Below, in pieces: positions 55,820 to 64,000 of a stretch of DNA of 64,000 nucleotides. The stretch lies in the NCBI GenBank assembly GCA_964016885.1, contig CAXHJY010001441.1:234150-298149 (forward strand), written 5' to 3'. The translations under genes were made by a program, and so were the position numbers. The notes under the pieces are model-generated. The model was not told where the DNA came from and did not search any database. It was given only the letters and a program-made list of their open reading frames with translations. Origin of the DNA: Eledone cirrhosa (lineage: Eukaryota). Within the stretch, counting starts at the first letter, position 1, and each line of letters opens with the position of its first letter.

Positions 55820-55966
55820 AATCGACCCTAGTACTTCACTGGTACAGTGTTTTAATGGATGAAAGGGAAGATTAACCTCGGTGGAATTTGAACTCAGTGA
55901 GTTCAGAGATTCGGAACGAATACTGCAAATGATTCTATCCGATGTTCTAACGCATCAGCCTACCAT
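55820..55966 (-). mobile_element. Degenerate tRNA-derived SINE
   Basis: ATCGACCC..CACTGGTAC..GGATGAAAGG..AACCTCGGTGGAATTTGAACTCAG is the reverse complement of the SINE body. Confidence 0.7.
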
Positions 55967-56159
55967 ATTTCCCGACGATTCTTTTTTCCTAAAATAAGTA
56001 TCAAAAATCTACCATGCGTCCTGGAGGTCGAAGGTTCTTTATTGTTTTTTTTTATTTTTGGTTGTCAAATTTAGGGTGCGTCCTCGAGGACGGAGCGCCG
56101 TCGGCGTCGGAGAATACGGTATTTACCAACTTTTGAAAGTTTAGACGTAGACAAACACA

Positions 56160-56272
56160 CATGGCCGGCTTCCACAGAGTGACCCATCTACCACATTTCG
56201 TTCCCAGGGCTGTGGTTAACCTAGGGCTATAGCTAAAGACACCTACCATTGTGTGTCGTGGGATGGGAACGT
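56160..56272 (-). mobile_element. Fragment of a second SINE family
   Basis: GGCTTCCACA..TCTACCA..GGGCTATAG..AAGACAC resembles a recalled cephalopod SINE in reverse orientation; not verified. Confidence 0.4.
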
Positions 56273-56299
56273 ACTCGGCACTACATACTTTAGAAGTGA

Positions 56300-56561
56300 A
56301 CTTCATATATTTATCTATAAATAGGAATTCACAATATTCGTCACAAGTATGAAAATATATTCTTGACAGATGCAATGTGTCCGAACAAGGAAGGGCCGAA
56401 CTTCCACTGTCATCGCCCTCATCTCTCTCGCCCTCCCCATCTCTTTGTACAGTGAGAAAATGGGGTCCCACGTGCTGGCCTCCCCACAGCCCCAGCGGAC
56501 AGAATGGAGAATCGTTTCCTTGGAGAATGGTAAGGGAGATTCGCTGTAAGAGCCAACGCAC
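56300..56561 (-). mobile_element. Possible 3' end of a CRE-like (RLE endonuclease) non-LTR retrotransposon
   Basis: Minus-strand peptide RWLLQRISLTILQGN resembles the QRIS.AIQRGN C-terminal motif of such elements. Confidence 0.45.
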
Positions 56562-56813
56562 ACACCCCAGCCACAGCTACTTTCTACACATAGTCTATAT
56601 ATATATATATATATAGTAGTAGTATAGTAGTAGTAGCAGCAGAAGTAGCAGCAGCAGCAGTAGCAGCAGCAGTACTAGTAGTAGTAGTAGTAGTAGTAGT
56701 ATCAAACACCACCACCACCACTACCACCACCGCCATCTCCACCACCAAATTTGAATACATGTTAGAAGAATAGAGACCAGACCAAAGTAAACTGCTGCAC
56801 AATAGGCCACAGG

Positions 56814-56850
<37 letters not shown>

Positions 56851-56959
56851 TATATATATGCAGAGGTTATATTTAATTTGTTGGGATTCAACAAGCTTAA
56901 AAAATGTTTATAACTGATATAAAGCACTCAACAATTTAGCGGAGTAAATACACAATATA

Positions 56960-57143
56960 ATAATTGTTTCTACTTTAGGCACAAGGCCAGCAAATACTCA
57001 GTATATTACTGGTACTTTATTTTATCGACCCGGTAAGGATGAAAGCAAAGTTAACCTCGGCGGGAATTGAACTCAGATCGTAAAGGGACGTAACTATGCT
57101 GGAAAGCATGGCGTCCGACCCTCTACCGATACTGTCAATCCAA
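56960..57143 (-). mobile_element. tRNA-derived SINE, copy 3, with target-site duplication
   Basis: Reverse complement of 46598-46783; ACAATATA at 56952-56959 and 57144-57151. Confidence 0.88.
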
Positions 57144-57258
57144 ACAATATATTAATAAATGGAAACTATAAATATACTATCCCCACTATCCAGGAAGCTC
57201 CAACCGTTAAGGTTGTCTTTTTACCGGTTATGTCAATATTATTTATAAAACAAATCTG

Positions 57259-57324
57259 TATTTTATCTGATGAAAGCGCACCATAATTTGCCTTGGTTGC
57301 CCTTGAAATATGTATAATAAAATA
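57259..57324 (+). ncRNA. Type I hammerhead ribozyme (family B, intact core)
   Basis: TATTTTAT-CTGATGA-AAG.GCA.CCA..TGG.TGC.CTT-GAA-ATATGTAT-A-ATAAAATA; 8-bp stem I. Confidence 0.78.
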
Positions 57325-57379
57325 AATATGGTTTTATAAATATAGTTTCCATTTATTATTATATTATGTATATATATAT

Positions 57380-57496
<117 letters not shown>

Positions 57497-57560
57497 TGTG
57501 GCCTATTGTGCAGCAGTTTACTTTGGTCTGGTCTCTATTCTTCTAACATGTATTCAAATT

Positions 57561-59160
57561 TGGTGGTGGAGATGGCGGTGGTGGTAGTGGTGGTGGTGGT
57601 GTTGGTGGTGGTGGTGGTGTTGGTGGTGGTGGTGGTGGTGGTGGTGGTGGTGGTGGTGGTGTTGGTGGTGGTGGTGGTGGTGTTGGTGGTGGTGGTGGTG
57701 TTGGTGGTGGTGGTGGTGGTGGTGGTAGTGGTGGTGGTGGTGGTGGTGGTGGTTGTGGTGTTGGTGGTGGCAGTGGTGGTAGTGATGGAGATTTCGGTGG
57801 TGGTAGTGGTGGTGGTAGTGGTGGTGGTGGTGGTGGTGGTGGTGGTAGTGGTGGTGGTGGTGGTGGTGTTGGTGGTGGTGGTGGTGGTGTTGTTGTTGGT
57901 GGTGGTGGTGGTGGTGGTGGTGGTGGTGGTGGTGGTGGTGGTGTTGGTGGTGGTGGTGGTGGTGGTGGTGGTGGTGGTGGTGGTGTTGGTGGTGGTGGTG
58001 GTGGTGTTGGTGGTGGTGGTGGTGGTGGTGGTAGTGGTGGTGGTGGTGTTGGTGGTGGTGGTGGTGGTGTTGGTGGTGGTGGTGGTGGTGGTGGTGGCGG
58101 TGGTGGTGGTGTTGGTGGTGGTGGTGGTGGTGTTGGTGGTGGTGGTGGTGTTGGTGGTGGTGGTGGTGGTGGTGGTAGTGGTGGTGGTGGTGGTGGTGGT
58201 GGTTGTGGTGTTGGTGGTGGTGGTGGTGGTGTTGGTGGTGGTGGTGGTGGTGGTGGTGGTGGTGGTGGTGGTGTTGGTGGTGGTGGTGGTGGTGTTGGTG
58301 GTGGTGGTGGTGGTGGTGGTGGTGGTGGTGGTGGTGTTGGTGGTGGTGGTGGTGGTGTTGGTGGTGGTGGTGGTGTTGGTGGTGGTGGTGGTGGTGGTGG
58401 TAGTGGTGGTGGTGGTGGTGGTGGTGGTTGTGGTGTTGGTGGTGGCAGTGGTGGTAGTGGTGGAGATTTCGGTGGTGGTAGTGGTGGTGGTAGTGGTGGT
58501 GGTGGTGGTGGTGGTGGTGGTGGTAGTGGTGGTGGTGGTGGTGGTGGTGGTGGTGTGGTGGTGGTGGTGGTGGTGTTGTTGTTGGTGGTGGTGGTGGTGG
58601 TGGTGGTGGTGGTGGTGGTGGTGGTGGTGGTGGTGGCGGTGGTGGTGTTAGTGGTGGTGGTGGTGGTGGCGGTGGTAGTGGTGGTGGTGGTAGTGGTGGT
58701 GGTGGTAGTGGTGGTGGTGGTGGTGGTAGTGGTGGTGGTGGTGGTGGTGGTGGTAGTGGTGGTGGTGGTGGTGGTGGTGTTGGTGGTGGTGGTGGTGGTA
58801 GTGGTGGTGGTGGTGGTGGTGGGTGTTGGTGGTGGTGGTGGTGGCGGTGGTGGTAGTGGTGGTGGTGGTGGTGGTGGTGGTGGTGGCGGTGGTGGTAGTT
58901 GTGGTGGTGGTAGTGGTGGTGGTGGTGGTGGTGGTGGTGGTGGTAGTTGTGGTGGTGGTAGTTGTGGTGGTGGTGGTAGTGGTGGTGGTGGTAGTGGTGT
59001 CGGGGGTAGCGGTTGGGGGGGGGGGGTAGTGGTGGTGGTAGTGGTGGTGGTGGTGGTGGTGGTGGTGGTGGTGGTGGTTGATACAACTACTACTACTACT
59101 ACTATTACTACTACTACTACTACTACTACCACTACCACTACTACTACTACTACTACTGCC

Positions 59161-59196
<36 letters not shown>

Positions 59197-59355
59197 GCTA
59201 CTACTACTACTACTGCTGCTGCTGCTACTACTACTACTAGTACTACTATTAGTAGTAGTAGTAGCAGCAGTAGTAGTAGTAGTGGTAGTAGTAGCAGCAG
59301 TAGTAGTAGTAGTGGTAGTAGTAGTAGTAGTATCACCATCACCATCACCATCACC
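57561..59355. repeat. (GGT)n expansion of ~1.5 kb followed by (ACT/GCT/AGT)n
   Basis: Direct reading; internal duplication marked by GGAGATTTCGG at ~57787 and ~58462. Confidence 0.97.
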
Positions 59356-59580
59356 AGTAATGCAATCAACACTATACCACCCTACCAATCATCTCTCCTA
59401 TAGTCAGTACAACGTGATGCTCTTCATCACCACATTGTACCGTGACAGACAGACAGACAACCAGACTAACAGACGGACAGGCGGGCCGGCTGACGGACGG
59501 ACGGAGCAGATGAAGAATTAATGAAGGTGTGGGTACTGTTTAGGTGGGAATGGCGGGAGATGATGATTGATAGATAATTG

Positions 59581-59898
59581 TATGAATGAATGAATGAATG
59601 AATTAATGAATGAATGAATGAATTAATGAATTAATGAATGAATGAATGAATGAATGAATGAATGAATGAATGAATGAATGAATTAATGAATGAATTAATG
59701 AATGAATGAATGAATTAATGAATGAATTAATGAATGAATGAATGAATTAATGAATGAATGAATGAATGAATTAATGAATGAATGAATGAATTAATGAATG
59801 AATGAATGAATTAATGAATTAATGAATGAATGAATGAATGAATGAATGAATGAATGAATGAATTAATTAATGAATGAATTAATTAATTAATTAATTAA
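59581..59898. repeat. (TGAA/TTAA)n tetranucleotide microsatellite
   Basis: Direct reading. Confidence 0.97.
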
Positions 59899-59945
59899 TA
59901 TAGTTACAGAGCCACACACGCACATAACTTATAAATATATGTATG

Positions 59946-59992
<47 letters not shown>

Positions 59993-59994
<2 letters not shown>

Positions 59995-60135
59995 TAGAAG
60001 AAGAAGACCAAGGTTAACGTATGTTGATGCCCTAAGGACAGACACTGGTCTGTTGGAGATGCAGGACATGGCAACGATGAGGACAGAGACCGCTGGAGAG
60101 AACTCGTCATGGATCTCGGGAATTTTACCCGCCTT
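59993..60135 (+). mobile_element. 3' fragment of an RTE-type LINE
   Basis: RRRRPRLTYVDALRTDTGL, then in a shifted frame EDRDRWRELV, a typical RTE C-terminus. Confidence 0.7.
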
Positions 60136-60437
60136 AGATAGATATGTATATACACACATACATATATACATGTATGTGTGTGGATGTGAGTGTGTATGTG
60201 TGTGTGTATGCGCGCGCGTGTGTGTGTGTGTGTGATATATATATATATATATATATATACAAATAAAATATATATATATGTCTCATATAAAATAATACAA
60301 CCAGCTATCCACGAAATATGATTAGTTAGCACCCCAAACACTAAATTGGGATAATACTTAGGTATATCCTAATGTTTGTTGAGTGAGATGGAGTTGGTCA
60401 GAGTATCGCTTAAGGCTTTCTCTCTTTATGTATTGTA

Positions 60438-60468
<31 letters not shown>

Positions 60469-60496
60469 TTTTTAAATAACAGATTAAAGTATTTCA

Positions 60497-60616
60497 GTAT
60501 AACGAATTTTTTTTCAATCCCCGGCCACATGCTAGGTCGATTTCATTATAAAGAATATTTCGTTAAAACGAATTTTTTTTCATACCCGTGAATTTCGTTA
60601 TAACGGAATTTCACTG
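60497..60616. mobile_element. One end of a pogo/Tc1-like MITE
   Basis: Repeated TTCGTTATAAC-like motifs ending TTTCACTG followed by TA; no partner end found. Confidence 0.5.
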
Positions 60617-61033
60617 TATAGAAGAAAGCATGCGTAGGCTTAGCTTTTTTCGAGCAAAGGGTCAAATAGGTTACGGCTCATCATAAGGCGGGCCACACTA
60701 CTAAAAATTTGAAGACAATCTTGGAATTAAGCATACCATTCAGAAATCTAGATGGGGCCGCTGTTTGTCCATGACAAATGTGGATTTAGGGGTTGGGGTA
60801 TACATATAAAACGGGGGGGGGGGTGATTATAATGCACACGAAAAATATTATATAAAATATAAACTTACATATTTAAGGTGTTTAAATTCATAAAACATGA
60901 TAATACAGTTATAAATTGTAATAATATAATCTACACATCTATTGTATATATGTAAAACCTGTATACACAATTATAGATGCAGTTCATAAATACATACAGA
61001 CACACACGTCTATATATATGGATGTATATGCAT

Positions 61034-61034
61034 G

Positions 61035-61108
<74 letters not shown>

Positions 61109-61109
61109 A

Positions 61110-61164
<55 letters not shown>

Positions 61165-61168
61165 TATA

Positions 61169-61224
<56 letters not shown>

Positions 61225-61228
61225 TATA

Positions 61229-61300
<72 letters not shown>
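61034..61300. repeat. Long (TA)n microsatellite
   Basis: Direct reading; one of many TA/GA/CA runs in 46-64 kb. Confidence 0.95.
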
Positions 61301-61360
61301 AAATATTTAAAAAATAATGAATAAACAAAGAAACAGTTCCTTATATTAAACAAAAAAAGT

Positions 61361-61501
61361 TCATTATTTTACGATCGTTTCTAGGACATATATGTGTTAG
61401 AATTGGTATGCATATTCAAAAGATCTATGTACAAAATTATACAAACTATCAAAGAGAATATACATACCATCACATATATATGCTGTCTTCAGAAATAATG
61501 A
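61361..61501 (-). ncRNA. Type I hammerhead ribozyme with long stem II
   Basis: Minus strand UCAUUAUUU-CUGAAGA-[~105-nt stem II incl. AUAUAUGUG/CACAUAUAU and UGGUAUGUAUAUUC/GAAUAUGCAUACCA]-GAA-ACGAUCGU-A-AAAUAAUGA; 9-bp stem I. Confidence 0.78.
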
Positions 61502-61561
61502 TGCATATTTATTGATAATAACAACAATTCAAAATTACAGGTCTGTTGTATTACAAGTCTC

Positions 61562-61604
<43 letters not shown>

Positions 61605-61608
<4 letters not shown>

Positions 61609-61853
61609 GATATTAAATAAATGGAAAGTATATTTATAAAACCATATTTATTTCATTATATATAAATAGATAGATTCGACATACCTTTCAACTTCGACTG
61701 GTATTTGAAAAGTTGATTTGGTAGTTGATTTGGTTTTATAAATATAGTTTCCATTTATTTAATATCGTAAATATACTCCAAATACTTGTTGAGTGCTTTT
61801 ATATCAGTTATAAATATTTACTCGTTGTTAACCCAACAATTTAAATAAAACTT

Positions 61854-61857
<4 letters not shown>
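61605..61857. mobile_element. Family B remnant with inverted arms
   Basis: ACGATATTAAATAAATGGAAA..TATAAAACCA vs TGGTTTTATAAATATAGTTTCCATTTATTTAATATCGT; no HHR core retained. Confidence 0.65.
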
Positions 61858-61914
<57 letters not shown>

Positions 61915-61983
61915 AGATAGAGAGAGAGGAAGAGACAAATATCTAAATAGACAGATAAATAGATATGTATGTATATATATATA

Positions 61984-62091
<108 letters not shown>

Positions 62092-62237
62092 TATATATAT
62101 ATAGGTCAGTTTTATTTTAGCACAATAAAGCAATGCAAATATCGGATAAGTAGCACTCAACAGTGGAGTATAAATAATATGTTGATCTAACACTTCACTG
62201 CTCGCAAGTGTTTTTTAAGTTTCATATCATGTCTCCT

Positions 62238-62308
62238 TATTTTCTCTGATGAGAACACAAATATCATCCCATGATGATATTTGTTTTTGAAATGCGCATA
62301 ATAAAATA
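62238..62308 (+). ncRNA. Type I hammerhead ribozyme
   Basis: TATTTTCT-CTGATGA-GAAC ACAAATATCATC ccat GATGATATTTGT TTTT-GAA-ATGCGCAT-A-ATAAAATA; perfect 12-bp segment in stem II and palindromic stem III. Confidence 0.8.
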
Positions 62309-62360
62309 CATGTAACTCTTTTACCCATCTTTTGATCTTATATTATATATATATATTATA

Positions 62361-62810
62361 TATATTAATAAGAGGAATTCCAACTTTGTCTGATTTACTC
62401 GTTTTATTTACAATCCTTTAAAATATATATAATGGTATTATAATGAAATAGTATGGTAGAATATTAAATTCTAAGTGTTAATTGAACAAGTACTTTCATG
62501 CTTTCGCAATCTTCAGGTTCATGATATGTGGTGACAGTCGAGTTTGCAATTTTCACAGTTGAAAATTGCAAACTCGACTGTCACCACATATTATGAACCT
62601 GAATATTATGAACCTGAAGATTGCGAAAGCATTAAAGTACTTGTTCAATTAACACTTAGAATTTAATATTCTATCATACTATTTCATTATAATACCATTA
62701 TATATTATATATATTTTAAAGGATTGTAAATAAAACCATTAAATCAGACAAAGTTGGAATTCCTCTTATTAATATAATCTTCTATACACAATCATACACA
62801 CCCGTGTATA
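62361..62810. mobile_element. Palindromic HHR-bearing element, family A copy 2
   Basis: Homologous to 48578-48994 with the same centre; the right-arm HHR has G12 changed to T and a 15-bp duplication ATATTATGAACCTGA. Confidence 0.85.
62483..62521 (-). ncRNA. Minimal type I hammerhead ribozyme (family A)
   Basis: Same sequence as 48726-48764. Confidence 0.75.
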
Positions 62811-62818
62811 TCTACCTA

Positions 62819-62889
<71 letters not shown>

Positions 62890-62890
62890 C

Positions 62891-63082
62891 GAAGGAGTTG
62901 TGGTAAGGAACCAGATGGACCATAACGCACCAGAGTACTCAATACTTAGAGTAGTAGAGTGGGTAATAGGAAAATGTTTAACCCCGACGGCAGAGCTCAA
63001 GCCGTTACGACGGCTATTTCTGGACCAGAAACAGCCGTCGAAACGGCTTCAGCTCTGCCGTCGGGGTTAAACATTTTCCTAT
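62891..63082. mobile_element. Family C hairpin element, copy 2
   Basis: Hairpin 62966-63082 centred on TCTGG-a-CCAGA; aligns with 55143-55350. Confidence 0.75.
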
Positions 63083-63335
63083 ATATACATATGGGATAAC
63101 AAGTTATCGTTATAGGTAATCCATGACGTTGATTGTTTTAACGTATAGCTTTGTTTGACTCAACAAGATGTTTCTACGTACTGTGATGTGTTGACCAGAG
63201 GTTAAATAATGTATTAGAGATCGAGTGACGCAACTTCAAGCGATTAGTGACCTCTAGACCTGATCAATGAAACAATTGTCAGTACTTTAAATAAAGCCCC
63301 TTATTGTACAGCCAACCATGTTACTCTTCATTCTT

Positions 63336-63419
<84 letters not shown>

Positions 63420-63442
63420 TTTTTTTTTTTATGAAAAAGTAT

Positions 63443-63515
63443 GACCCCTACGGCAGAGCTCAAGCCGTTTCGACGGCTATTTCTGGACTCTGGTTCCTTT
63501 CCACCACTCCGTCCT
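63443..63515 (-). mobile_element. Family C single-arm fragment
   Basis: ACGGCAGAGCTCAAGCCGTTTCGACGGCTATTTCTGGAC joined to the reverse complement of the family's GTGGTAAGGAACCAG leader. Confidence 0.65.
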
Positions 63516-63550
63516 TATATATATTTAGGTAAGTTATTCCGGTTGAATAT

Positions 63551-63681
<131 letters not shown>

Positions 63682-63928
63682 GCGGAACATCAACGAGGAA
63701 AAATTAGCAGAGTACAATGATGATGATATACATTTGTTTAACGCTTGATGTACATATATATAAAGGTTAATGAAAGGTAATGAGCAAACGATAATGGTGA
63801 TGATGCTACGATGTTTATCCACAAGCGAGCTGCAGTAGAGAATCAAGATACGATTTTATTCAGAGAACCAAATATTAATTCAGAACTAGCGCAAAGCTCT
63901 GTCGCGCTCTAATCTCTCTCACTGTCAC

Positions 63929-63963
<35 letters not shown>

Positions 63964-64000
63964 TCTCTCTCTCTCTCTGTCACACACACACTCTCACAGT

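Larger units (their letters stand above)
56860..57365 (+). mobile_element. Family B pLTR-like element interrupted by a SINE
   Basis: 56860-56959 joined to 57144-57170 is the reverse complement of 61745-61857; 57200-57365 matches the family B arm. Confidence 0.7.

Noticed and set aside
57506-59521. Long poly-Val/Pro/His/Thr ORFs
   Set aside because: Stop-free (GGT)n expansion.

Overview
Eukaryotic, gene-poor repeat window, probably from an octopus genome (inferred from recalled octopus tRNA-derived SINE sequence and the TA/CA/GA microsatellite landscape). Bases 1-44790 are one uninterrupted 61-bp tandem satellite (~734 monomers) with multi-kb internal duplications. Bases 44791-64000 are an AT-rich mosaic of SINEs, LINE and DNA-transposon remnants, microsatellites and a dead FLYWCH+MULE (Phantom-like Mutator) element. 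No intact host gene was found. The main hidden signal is a dense cluster of type I hammerhead ribozyme (HHR) motifs, read by eye on both strands between 48.7 and 63.3 kb: about 10 with an intact or compensated core and about 6 degenerate, from several unrelated families. Almost all have the self-complementary stem III typical of Penelope-like-element pLTR/retrozyme ribozymes. They include a retrozyme-like unit with two identical U3-A8 variant HHRs 591 nt apart, palindromes carrying an HHR on each strand, and mirrored half-ribozyme hairpins. All folds were paired manually; no activity has been shown.
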